From positions 64,001-128,000 of the forward strand of contig JBEBGD010000002.1 of assembly GCA_040081625.1 (NCBI GenBank): a stretch of 64,000 nucleotides of DNA. The letters run 5' to 3'. Of the stretch, positions 55,394 through 64,000 are shown one piece after another. The position numbers were made by a program, and so were the translations under genes. This DNA comes from Chthoniobacteraceae bacterium. Its GTDB lineage: Bacteria; Verrucomicrobiota; Verrucomicrobiia; Chthoniobacterales; Chthoniobacteraceae. Under the pieces are notes generated by a model. It was not told where the DNA came from, searched no databases, and saw only the letters and a program-made list of their open reading frames with translations. Every line of letters starts with the position of its first letter. Position 1 is the stretch's first letter.

Positions 55394-56647
55394 ATGAAAA
55401 ACAACTCCCTCACCCGCCGCCGCTGGCTTGGCGCTACCGCCGCCACCGCGGGCAGCCTTTTCCTGCCACGACTCCGCGCCGCGACCTCCGACATCGCGGA
55501 GACGGAACACTTCTACTACCGCGGCGCGCCCGACGGGCCATACGTGGATTCGCAGCGCGGGCACCAGGCGTTCGGCTTCGGCGGCGGGAAGATTTTTCTT
55601 TCCGAGGACAATGGGAAGTCGTGGGCCCACAGCGCGGAGTTTGCAGAGGCGGAGAAGATCACCTTCAGCGTCATCTTGAAAAATGGGAACGTCCTCTTCG
55701 CCACGAGCGCGCAGCTTTTCGTGAGCACGGACAAGCTGAAGACGCATCGCGAGATCATCGTGAAGCAGCGCGACGGCAGCGACTATCGTCCGCACACGCC
55801 GGTGAATCCCGCGCTGCCCGGCTGGTATTTCCACTCGCTCGATGGCGAGCACTGCTTCGATGTGGATGGCCGCGAGATGCTCGTGTGGGGCAACTACTGC
55901 AACGTGCTCGGCGGCGCCGTGCCGGTGAACATCTATTACTCCACCGACGGCGGGCAGACCGTGAAGATCGCGTATTCGTTCGGGCGGAATCCGAAGTGTC
56001 AGCAAAAGGGCGCCGCGCCGGATGCGCCGATGCTCGGCGACGCGACGAACCCGGTGATCTGCCGCCACGTCCACTGCGTGACCTACAGTCCGACCGAGAA
56101 CGCCTTTTACGCCTGCACCGGCGACATCAACCGCGGCGATGGCGACGAGTGCCACTGGCTGCGCGGCACCTACGACGCGAAGGCCGACGCGTGGCAGTGG
56201 AAGGTGATCGTGAGCGTGAACTCCGATTCGCGCTTCAAATGCGGCGGCATCAATTTCGTGGACGGGCGCGTCTATTGGATCGCCGATGCGAACGGTCCCA
56301 AAGTCGGTCCCGAGCACGATCGCGGCGTCTTCAGCTGCGCGCCCGCCGACATCACGGACACGTCGAAACACACGCTGCTCTTCAACCCGAAATTCGAATC
56401 CGCGAACATGCTCGTGCAGGACGGCGTGATGCTCGCGACGCATTGCGCGCCGGCCTCGACGTATATTTGCGGCATCATCTACTCGCCCGACATGGGGAAA
56501 ACGTGGGCGCAATACGACCTCAAGCGATTTGGCCCGCGCTCGGGCTGCCGCATTCATCGGAAGAACAGCGACGGCTGGTTTCGCCTCGATCTACGCAAAG
56601 GATGGATCGACCGCGCGGAGGTCATTTTCATCAAACCGAAGGCGTGA
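55394..56647 (+). CDS. Tat-exported BNR/Asp-box beta-propeller protein
   Basis: TRRRWL; SEDNGKSW, STDGGQTV, SPDMGKTW. Confidence 0.8.
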   Translation: MKNNSLTRRRWLGATAATAGSLFLPRLRAATSDIAETEHFYYRGAPDGPYVDSQRGHQAFGFGGGKIFLSEDNGKSWAHSAEFAEAEKITFSVILKNGNVLFATSAQLFVSTDKLKTHREIIVKQRDGSDYRPHTPVNPALPGWYFHSLDGEHCFDVDGREMLVWGNYCNVLGGAVPVNIYYSTDGGQTVKIAYSFGRNPKCQQKGAAPDAPMLGDATNPVICRHVHCVTYSPTENAFYACTGDINRGDGDECHWLRGTYDAKADAWQWKVIVSVNSDSRFKCGGINFVDGRVYWIADANGPKVGPEHDRGVFSCAPADITDTSKHTLLFNPKFESANMLVQDGVMLATHCAPASTYICGIIYSPDMGKTWAQYDLKRFGPRSGCRIHRKNSDGWFRLDLRKGWIDRAEVIFIKPKA

Positions 56648-57684
56648 ATCGGGTCGCTGCGCTGCTGGCATTCGTCGGCGTCCTTTCCTGCGATCTGGCT
56701 GCGTTCGATGAGACGGTTTGTCGGGAAACAGTGCGGCGCGGTCTCGCACGGGTCACGAAAGCCGCGAGCGACTGGCAGAAGAACAAGACGTGTTTTTCCT
56801 GCCATCACCAGACGCTGCCGATGCTCGCGATGACCGAGGCCGCACGCGCGGGCTTCGCGATGGACCGTGCGTGGCTCGAATCGCAGGCGACGACGACGCA
56901 CAAGTATTTCGCCCAACGAATCGAAGACATGGACGAAGGCGAGCACGTGCCCGGCGGCGCGACCACGGTCGGATCCGGATTGCAGGCGCTCGCGGTGACT
57001 GCGCGTCCAGCGGACGCGACGACGACGGCGATGGTCGGCTATCTCCTCAAGATTCAAGGCGTGGCGCGCTTGAATGGGCGCGAGCCGTCCGACCTGTCGC
57101 GCGTGGAGAACGGCCGCTGGACGACCACGTGCCGCCGACCGCCGATGCAAGGCTCGGATGTCGCCGACACGGTGCTCGCGCTCATCGGGATGGAGAAGTT
57201 TGCGACCGCGGAGCAGCGACCGTCTCTCGCAACGGCGCGCGCCGCGGCGGAAGCGTGGCTCGCGCGGACGCCGCTGGTCACGCAGGAAGATCGAGTGTGG
57301 CGCCTGTGGGGACTGCACCATCTCGGCGGAGAACCCGCCGCGAAAGACGCCGCGCGCAAAGCCATCGCCGAAGCGCAGCGCGAGGACGGCGGCTGGTCTG
57401 CGAGTGACGGACTCGAGAGCGACGCGTTCTCGACTGGCGAGACGCTCTTTGTGCTCTGCCAGACGGGCGCACCGCGCACCGGGCCGATGATCCAGCGCGC
57501 GCGCGATTACTTGATCCGCACGCAACTCGAGGACGGCTCATGGCTCGTGAAGTCGCGCGTGAAATACAAGGCGCAGCCGTATTTCGAAAACGGCGACCCG
57601 CACGGCGAGCACCAGTTTCTCTCGACTGCCGCCACCGCGTGGGCCACCGCCGCGCTGGCGCAATTCCTCCCTCACACACCATGA
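56644..57684 (+). CDS. Exported prenyltransferase/squalene-cyclase-repeat protein with CxxCH
   Basis: GTG 56644; CFSCHH; QREDGGWS, SDAFSTG, TQLEDGSWLVKSR. Confidence 0.8.
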   Translation: MNRVAALLAFVGVLSCDLAAFDETVCRETVRRGLARVTKAASDWQKNKTCFSCHHQTLPMLAMTEAARAGFAMDRAWLESQATTTHKYFAQRIEDMDEGEHVPGGATTVGSGLQALAVTARPADATTTAMVGYLLKIQGVARLNGREPSDLSRVENGRWTTTCRRPPMQGSDVADTVLALIGMEKFATAEQRPSLATARAAAEAWLARTPLVTQEDRVWRLWGLHHLGGEPAAKDAARKAIAEAQREDGGWSASDGLESDAFSTGETLFVLCQTGAPRTGPMIQRARDYLIRTQLEDGSWLVKSRVKYKAQPYFENGDPHGEHQFLSTAATAWATAALAQFLPHTP

Positions 57685-58691
57685 AACATCACCACTCCCT
57701 CGTCGTCGCCGTTTGCTTCGTGCTGCTCGTTCCCCCGGCGCGGGCGCAGTCGAAGTATCCGAAGATCAACCTCGCCGCCGGGTATCAAGTCGATCCCGCG
57801 TGGCCGCAGAAACCGGCGGACATCAAGTGGCGCTACGTGACTGGCGTGACAGTGGACAAGCAGGATCGCGTCTGGATCCTGAACGCCATAGCCCCGCACG
57901 TGCAGGTCTATAGTTCCGAGGGTGCGCTGCTCGATTCCTGGGGGCATGCCGGTTTCAAGAACCCGCACTTTTTGCGCATCGACCCGGAGGGGAACCTGTG
58001 GGCTGCGGACTACGGCGCGCACGTCGTGATGAAGTTCACGCCGAAGGGCGAACTGCTGCTCACGCTCGGGACGCCGGGCGTTGCTGGCGCGGACGAGACG
58101 CATTTCAATCGCCCGACGGACATCGCGATCACGCCGAAGGGCGAGTTGTTCGTCACCGACGGCTACGGCAACAACCGCGTTGTTCACTTCGACGCGACCG
58201 GCAAGTTCATCAAAAGCTGGGGTGAACTCGGCGTGGGTGCAGGGCAGTTGAGCCAGCCGCACAGCATCGCCGTGGATTCGCGCGGGCTGATCTACGTCGC
58301 CGAGCGCAACAACTGCCGCATCCAGGTCTTCGACCAGAATGGCAAGGCGCTCGCGCAATGGCGCAATCTCATCAATCCATGGGGACTCTGGATCACGCCG
58401 AAGGATGAGATCATCGTGTGTGGCTCGTCGCCCGCGCGCTGGCTGGCGGAGCGAGGCAATCTTGGCAATCCCCCGACGAACCAGTTGCTCATCAAGTTCG
58501 ACACGACGGGGCGCGCGCTGGAGTTGTGGACCTTCCCGCTCAGCCAGCCCGGCACGCAGATCGCCGGCTCGCTCGATTGGGGCCACGGGCTCGGCGTGGA
58601 TTCCAAGGGCAACCTCTACATCGGCGATGTGGCCGACGAGAGCCTCACGCATCGCGTGCAGAAATTCCTCCGCCTGCCCGCGGAGAAATAG
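57681..58691 (+). CDS. NHL-repeat protein (peptidyl-alpha-hydroxyglycine lyase family)
   Basis: Signal peptide; FNRPTDIA...DGYGNNRV, PHSIAVD...AERNNCRIQVF. Confidence 0.85.
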   Translation: MKHHHSLVVAVCFVLLVPPARAQSKYPKINLAAGYQVDPAWPQKPADIKWRYVTGVTVDKQDRVWILNAIAPHVQVYSSEGALLDSWGHAGFKNPHFLRIDPEGNLWAADYGAHVVMKFTPKGELLLTLGTPGVAGADETHFNRPTDIAITPKGELFVTDGYGNNRVVHFDATGKFIKSWGELGVGAGQLSQPHSIAVDSRGLIYVAERNNCRIQVFDQNGKALAQWRNLINPWGLWITPKDEIIVCGSSPARWLAERGNLGNPPTNQLLIKFDTTGRALELWTFPLSQPGTQIAGSLDWGHGLGVDSKGNLYIGDVADESLTHRVQKFLRLPAEK

Positions 58692-58706
58692 GTCGAACGT
58701 CGGCCA

Positions 58707-61133
58707 ATGAAACGCGCGGCCTTCATTTTTGCAGGGGTGTCGTGGTTGTTCGCGACGCAGATGCTCGCCGCACTGCTCCCGCCGGAGAATGTCCAGGCGC
58801 CGTTTTGTTACGTCGCGGGCGGCACACGGAGCTGGCCGATCCTCACCACGCCGCTCCCTGAAAACGTGACGTGCTCCCTCGCCGCCGCACGCGACGGGAA
58901 GGAACTCGCGCGCGGCGCACGCCTGGAATTTTCCAGCCTCACCGTGTCCGTGTCGCGCGATGGTTGGTTGGAAATTCGATCACTCGCGAACGCTGCGCCG
59001 CTGGTGTTTGATCTCGAGATCAAGCTCGCTGGCAACGGGACCACGGAAACGCAGCGGCTCTCCGTGCGCGCCGCGCCGCCGCCGCGGCCCATCTCCTACA
59101 TCGCGGACTTTGGCGATGATCTGATCGACCTCTTCATGAACCGCACGACGGGCCGCTGGCGACCGATCGAGAAGGCCGCGTTCGACCAATACTTCCGCCG
59201 CCTGCAGGCACATGGCGTCGGTCGGCTCATCGTCTGGCAAAGTCCGTTTCCTTACATGGCTGACGCGAAAAACTATTCCGCTGCGGACTGGCAGCGTCAC
59301 GCGGCGCAGGCCCGCGCGATCATCGACAGCCGCGAGCTGAGCGCGATCCTGGAAAAGCGCGGCGGGATCGTGTCGTGGGGCTGGCTGCGCGCGCTGATGG
59401 CCGTCCGCTTGACGCCGCAGTTCGGCGAGACGCTCACGCGCAGCGCCCGCGAACATGGCATCGCGCTCACGGCGAGCTTTCGTCCATTCGAGACGGCGCT
59501 CGACAAATACTACGCCGTGCCCGCCTTCGACGAGAGCGGCGCGTTCCTCTGGAACTTTCATCCGCTCGCGTCGCCGGCAGTGGCGTATCACGCGGACGAG
59601 GTAGGCTTCGCGCACTACCGCACGGTGCTCGCCGGGGTGGGCCGGGCCGACGCGGGCCGCTTGCACGCGATCGAAATTCGCGATGCCGCGCCGCACGGCA
59701 CGCTGCGCGTCGTTGCGTCGCCGTTTCCTCCGCTGCAGGAGGATTCGTTCGTGCTCGTGCGCGGGAAGGATGCGCGTTTCGAGCTGCGACCGTTCCGCGA
59801 GATTCAAGCGCGAGCCGAGGCGCATCGCCGCGAACTCAAGGACGTGAAGATCGAGCACGACGCTCTAGGCACCCTGCGAATCACGGGCATCGAGGTGCCG
59901 GACGACTGCCGATACGTGATTCTGTCGAGTGCCGATGAGTCGCTCGATACGCCCGCCGAGCTGCCCGCGACGTTGTGGGCCAAAGCCGGCAACCGGCTCG
60001 ACCGCGCGAATGTTTATTGGGTGGCGCCCACCGACAAGAAGACCCGCGTGGGCGGGATCACCGCGGAGGGCGATGCGTGGGCCAACTTTTTCGCCATCGA
60101 AGCCAGTGCCGCGAGCGCGCACAGCGGCCCAGCACGGCGGAGTCTGCGTGACGAACAACTCGTCATCGACCTCGGCGATCCATGGTCCGTCGAGATGGTG
60201 GATTTCAACCAGCCCGCTGCGCGCCGCTACGTCGTCGATGAGCTGCGCTCGATCCTGAGCCATCCACCGTTTGACGAGATCTTCATCAATACCCGTTCGC
60301 ACACGTCGCTCGCCGCGACGTTGGCCGATGGCAGGGACGGCGTGAAGCCGCTCGACCACTATCGCGCGGCGAAGCAGCCCTACGTTCACCTCGGCCTCGA
60401 CCGCGCCTACGCGCCGCGCGATCAACTCCGCGACATCGCCGACGTGGAGCGCATCACCACATGGCAGCCGGGCGAATGGGACGGCACGTGCCAGTCGCCG
60501 GACTCGCCGTTCGTGTGGCGCTACGCGCGCAATCGCGGCGTGGCCGACGGCGTGCGCAAGTTGCTCGAAGATCTGGAGAAGGCGTTTCCGAAGACCCGCA
60601 TCCGCGCCGTGATCCCCGAGCGATCCGTCGCCGTTGCGAACGTGCAGGCAGCGCTCGATCAAATGCCCAAGCCGGGCGGCGGCGTTTACGGACGCGATTA
60701 CTACCGGCACATTTGGGCCTCGATCAATCACATCCCCGCCATCGGCGAAGGCATGGCGATGCTCGATCTGCGCGGCCTGCGGGTGGAGCCGGTGTTCGGC
60801 GGCATCCGCTATCTGCCAGACCGCGGGCCATTTGATCTATTCGTCCGCGAAGTCATCGCCGACATGGCCGACAACCACGGCTCATCGTTCCGCGGCCCGC
60901 GGAGTTTTTTCTACGAGGGTCACGAGACGTTGCGCGCGACGGACGCCGCCGCTGCGCGCGAAGGACGCGAGGAGTTCATCCGCCACCTGCTCGACCAGCG
61001 CGGCGAGATCAACGAGGTGATCCTTTACGAAGCAGCCTCATGGGTGGGCCTCCCGCTCAATGATCCCGACCTCAGTGGACACAGATTTCTGGATCGCCCC
61101 GGCAAGGACACGCCTGCGAAAACAACGCGATGA
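58707..61133 (+). CDS. Large exported hypothetical protein, possible TIM-barrel glycosidase
   Basis: Signal peptide; YFRRLQAHGVGRLIVWQ...AREHGIALTASFRPFE...VDFNQPAARRYVVDELRSIL. Confidence 0.65.
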   Translation: MKRAAFIFAGVSWLFATQMLAALLPPENVQAPFCYVAGGTRSWPILTTPLPENVTCSLAAARDGKELARGARLEFSSLTVSVSRDGWLEIRSLANAAPLVFDLEIKLAGNGTTETQRLSVRAAPPPRPISYIADFGDDLIDLFMNRTTGRWRPIEKAAFDQYFRRLQAHGVGRLIVWQSPFPYMADAKNYSAADWQRHAAQARAIIDSRELSAILEKRGGIVSWGWLRALMAVRLTPQFGETLTRSAREHGIALTASFRPFETALDKYYAVPAFDESGAFLWNFHPLASPAVAYHADEVGFAHYRTVLAGVGRADAGRLHAIEIRDAAPHGTLRVVASPFPPLQEDSFVLVRGKDARFELRPFREIQARAEAHRRELKDVKIEHDALGTLRITGIEVPDDCRYVILSSADESLDTPAELPATLWAKAGNRLDRANVYWVAPTDKKTRVGGITAEGDAWANFFAIEASAASAHSGPARRSLRDEQLVIDLGDPWSVEMVDFNQPAARRYVVDELRSILSHPPFDEIFINTRSHTSLAATLADGRDGVKPLDHYRAAKQPYVHLGLDRAYAPRDQLRDIADVERITTWQPGEWDGTCQSPDSPFVWRYARNRGVADGVRKLLEDLEKAFPKTRIRAVIPERSVAVANVQAALDQMPKPGGGVYGRDYYRHIWASINHIPAIGEGMAMLDLRGLRVEPVFGGIRYLPDRGPFDLFVREVIADMADNHGSSFRGPRSFFYEGHETLRATDAAAAREGREEFIRHLLDQRGEINEVILYEAASWVGLPLNDPDLSGHRFLDRPGKDTPAKTTR

Positions 61134-61258
61134 ACACGACTCCCCGCGTCGCCTATTTCGCGTGGATGCCCGGCATCGGTTTCGACGGTGGATCGAGACA
61201 GGAACTCGAAGCCTGCGAAGCCGCGAGCGGCCTCGCGCCCAAAGGCCGCCGGCCATGA
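61130..61258 (+). CDS. 42-aa bridging mini-ORF or gene remnant
   Basis: ATGA overlap with the upstream stop and with the downstream start. Confidence 0.35.
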   Translation: MNTTPRVAYFAWMPGIGFDGGSRQELEACEAASGLAPKGRRP

Positions 61259-62556
61259 AGGCGCTCATTGTCCTCGCGCTGTCCGCCGCGACCATGCTCG
61301 CCGCCGGGGTGTCGGCCTTTCCCGGTGCGGAAGGCGCAGGCAAATGGGCGAAGGGTGGACGTGGCGGGCGCGCGATCGCGGTGACGAATCTCGACGACGA
61401 TGGGCCGGGCAGCTTGCGCGCGGCGATCGGGGCGAAGGGGCCGCGCACGATCGTGTTTCGCGTGGCGGGCACGATCGAGTTGAAGAAGCCGCTGCGCATC
61501 GCGGAGCCGTTCGTCACCATCGCGGGGCAGACGGCGCCGGGCGACGGCGTGTGTTTGAAAAACTTCGAGCTTCAAATCGGCGCGACGCACGACGTGATCG
61601 TGCGCTACCTGCGCTGCCGTCCGGGCGACAAGACCTCGAAGCCCGGCGAGATGGACGCGCTCACGCTTTGGGACGCGCGCGACGTGATCGTGGATCATTG
61701 CTCGGCCACGTGGAGCACGGATGAGTGCCTCTCGGTCACGCGCGACTCCGATCGCGTGACGGTGCAGCACTGCCTCATCGCCGAGGCGCTGACCGAGCAC
61801 GGACTTGGCTCGATCATCGGTTCGTATCGCGGCGCTATTTCATTCCTGCACAATCTCTACGCGCACAATCGCGACCGGAATCCGCGCGCCAGCGGCTACC
61901 AATCCGTGCCCGGACACGCGGACGATCCGGGGCCGCGCATCGAGTTTCGCGGCAACACGATCTTCAACTGGTCATCCGGTCCCGGCTACACGGGCAGCGG
62001 CGACCCCGGTTCGCCCGAGCGCATCGCGATGAACTACGTGGGCAATGATCTCAAGCCCGGCCCGGATACTTCGCCCGCGTATCGCGCGACGGCGTTCACG
62101 GTGCATCGCGGCGCGACGGCGGAGTTGTTCGTCGAGGGCAACAAGGTCGAAAGTCCACCGGCGCCGATCGCATTTCAATCCAACCTCGTCGTCGTCCGAC
62201 CCGGCGCGACGCTGGTGATGCGCGACACGCCACTGCCCTTCGACGTGCCTGCGGAGAAGCTCGCCGCCAAAGCCACGCTCGAGCGCGTAGGCGCGAGCAA
62301 ACCGAAGCGCGATGCCGTGGATGCGCGCATCGTCGCCGGTGTGCGCGACGGCACGGGCCGGCAGATTCACACCATCCCCGACGATGCCTGGCCACCGCTG
62401 CGCAACGGTGCGCCCGAACCCGACAGCGACGGCGACGGACTGCCCGATGCATGGGAGCGCGCGCACCACTTGAACCCCGACGACGCCACCGACGCCGCGC
62501 GTGTCGCGACGCCCGGCGGCTACACGCACCTCGAAGTATGGATGAACAGCCTGTGA
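61255..62556 (+). CDS. Pectate lyase (PL1-like)
   Basis: AFPGAEG.G....GGRGG, VTNLDDDGPGSLR, TIAGQTAPG, DHCS..WSTDE, RNPR, DSDGDGLPDAWE. Confidence 0.92.
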   Translation: MKALIVLALSAATMLAAGVSAFPGAEGAGKWAKGGRGGRAIAVTNLDDDGPGSLRAAIGAKGPRTIVFRVAGTIELKKPLRIAEPFVTIAGQTAPGDGVCLKNFELQIGATHDVIVRYLRCRPGDKTSKPGEMDALTLWDARDVIVDHCSATWSTDECLSVTRDSDRVTVQHCLIAEALTEHGLGSIIGSYRGAISFLHNLYAHNRDRNPRASGYQSVPGHADDPGPRIEFRGNTIFNWSSGPGYTGSGDPGSPERIAMNYVGNDLKPGPDTSPAYRATAFTVHRGATAELFVEGNKVESPPAPIAFQSNLVVVRPGATLVMRDTPLPFDVPAEKLAAKATLERVGASKPKRDAVDARIVAGVRDGTGRQIHTIPDDAWPPLRNGAPEPDSDGDGLPDAWERAHHLNPDDATDAARVATPGGYTHLEVWMNSL

Positions 62557-62590
62557 AAACCCCCGCTGAGAAGAAGGGCAGCCCGTTGCA

Positions 62591-63952
62591 ATGAAAGCGC
62601 TCGTCCGATTCGCGTGCGCACTCGCCGCCTTCTGCGCTTTCGCCGGCGCCGCGGAGAAGCCGAACGTCGTCATTTTTTTCGTGGACGACATGGGCTGGGG
62701 CGATCCGGCGACATTCGGCGGCACGGTGCCGACGCCAAACTTCGACCGGCTCGCGCGGGAGGGGATGCAGTTCCGGCAGTTCTACGTCGCAGCGCCGATC
62801 TGCTCGCCGTCGCGCTGCGGGTTGATGACGGGACAACAACCCGCGCGCTGGCGGATCACGAGCTACCTGCAGACGCGCGCGGGCAATCGCGAGTGCGAGC
62901 AGGCGGATTTTCTCGATCCGCGCGCGCCGTCGCTGCCGCGCGCATTTCACAATGCTGGCTACGCGACGGCGCACATCGGCAAGTGGCACCTCGGCGGCGG
63001 ACGCGATGTGACCGATGCGCCGAAATTCGCGGCGTATGGCTACGATCTCGGGCTCGGCACTTACGAGAGCCCGGAGCCGGCGGCGGGGCTGGGGCTGAAG
63101 TCGATGCCATGGGCCGCGCAGCGTGAGCCGCAGCAGGTGCCGCGGCACGAACGCACGCGGTGGATGGTGGATGAGACGCTCGCGTTCATGCAGAAACACG
63201 CGGGCCGTCCGCGCTTCGTGAACCTCTGGCTGGACGACCTGCACACGCCCTTCCGTCCGCAGGAGGGAGAGGACGCGCGCGATGTCGCCGCGCGCTACCG
63301 CGAGGTCTTCGTCGAGATGGATCGGCAGCTCGGGCGCCTGCTCGATGGCTTGCGCGAGCAGGGGATCGAGAAGGACACGATCGTGATCCTCGGAGGCGAC
63401 AACGGGCCGGAGCCGAGCTTCGAGCGCGCGCGCACGGGCGGTCTGCGCGGGATGAAGTGGAGTCTCTACGAAGGCGGCATCCGCACGCCGCTCATCGTGC
63501 GCTGGCCGGGTGTCGTGCCCGCGGGTGAGGTGAATGCGACGACGGTCGTGAGTGCGCTGGATTTCTTTCCGACGCTCTGCCGGCTCGCGGGTGTCGCCGC
63601 GCCGGCGGGCGTTGCGTTCGATGGCGAGGACATGAGCGCGGCCTTTCGCGGCGGGAAGATCGCGCGGACGAAACCGCTGCTCTGGGAGTATGGGCGCAAG
63701 CCCGGTGGGAAGGGGCTGCGCGCGTTTCCGTATCCGGCGGAGGCCGGCGCGAAGTCGCCGAACGTCGCGATCCGCGAAGGCGACTGGAAGTTGCTCGTGA
63801 ATGCGGATGGAGCGGACGCGGAGCTTTTCGATCTCGCCGCCGACCCGAATGAAACGCGTAATCTCGCCGGGACCGAGCGCGCGACCGCCGTCCGGCTCAA
63901 AGCCGCCGCGCTCGAATGGCGCGCCTCACTTCCCAAACCGAATCAGCCATGA
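62591..63952 (+). CDS. Sulfatase
   Basis: PNVVIFFVDDMG, CSPSR, GKWHLG. Confidence 0.95.
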   Translation: MKALVRFACALAAFCAFAGAAEKPNVVIFFVDDMGWGDPATFGGTVPTPNFDRLAREGMQFRQFYVAAPICSPSRCGLMTGQQPARWRITSYLQTRAGNRECEQADFLDPRAPSLPRAFHNAGYATAHIGKWHLGGGRDVTDAPKFAAYGYDLGLGTYESPEPAAGLGLKSMPWAAQREPQQVPRHERTRWMVDETLAFMQKHAGRPRFVNLWLDDLHTPFRPQEGEDARDVAARYREVFVEMDRQLGRLLDGLREQGIEKDTIVILGGDNGPEPSFERARTGGLRGMKWSLYEGGIRTPLIVRWPGVVPAGEVNATTVVSALDFFPTLCRLAGVAAPAGVAFDGEDMSAAFRGGKIARTKPLLWEYGRKPGGKGLRAFPYPAEAGAKSPNVAIREGDWKLLVNADGADAELFDLAADPNETRNLAGTERATAVRLKAAALEWRASLPKPNQP

Positions 63953-64000
63953 ATTCGGTCGCCGCGGTCGCGGAAGTGATCGGGTGCATACGAAGCTTGG

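Noticed and set aside
51968..57684. True squalene-hopene cyclases / terpene biosynthesis cluster
   Set aside because: Proteins are about half the size, exported, lack DXDD, and have no isoprenoid genes nearby
22765..63936. Many long antisense or alternate-frame ORFs (e.g. 22765-25281, 25450-27381, 31225-35136, 39051-40898, 42624-44744)
   Set aside because: Shadows of high-GC coding genes; Arg/Ala-rich with no motifs and fully overlapping well-supported CDSs
63949..64000. Possible start of a further ORF (ATGA overlap)
   Set aside because: Only 17 codons visible; cannot be supported

Overview
Two-part window from a high-GC bacterium with many PVC-superphylum (Verrucomicrobia/Chthoniobacter-like) gene families. 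(1) 1-~22229 is the right part of a visibly lower-GC integrative element whose left end is outside the window. It ends at a displaced 3' fragment of tmRNA (or tRNA-Ala) next to a tyrosine integrase. It carries an int-hyp-AlpA/Xis-wHTH-Rep-like operon followed by a symmetric AT-rich origin-like region, and a defence-rich cargo: complete type I R-M (hsdRMS), two PD-(D/E)XK nucleases, two HNH proteins, a DUF2971-like protein and small membrane proteins. Two cargo blocks are each headed by a repeated promoter + truncated ASCH mini-ORF. (2) ~22570-64000 is host chromosome: tRNA-Gly(GCC), a DUF1549/DUF1553 cytochrome, GH63, a PVC heme dehydrogenase, hpf, a two-domain ndk, an aspartate aminotransferase, then a ~30 kb co-oriented cluster of exported enzymes (8 sulfatase genes/9 sulfatase domains, two Tat Gfo/Idh/MocA, a Mo oxidoreductase, two CxxCH prenyltransferase-fold proteins, an FG-GAP exoprotein, a pectate lyase, putative novel glycosidases) interrupted by a MazF-type TA pair and a REP doublet. 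All family calls are from motif recognition by eye; no searches were run. No CRISPR array was seen.
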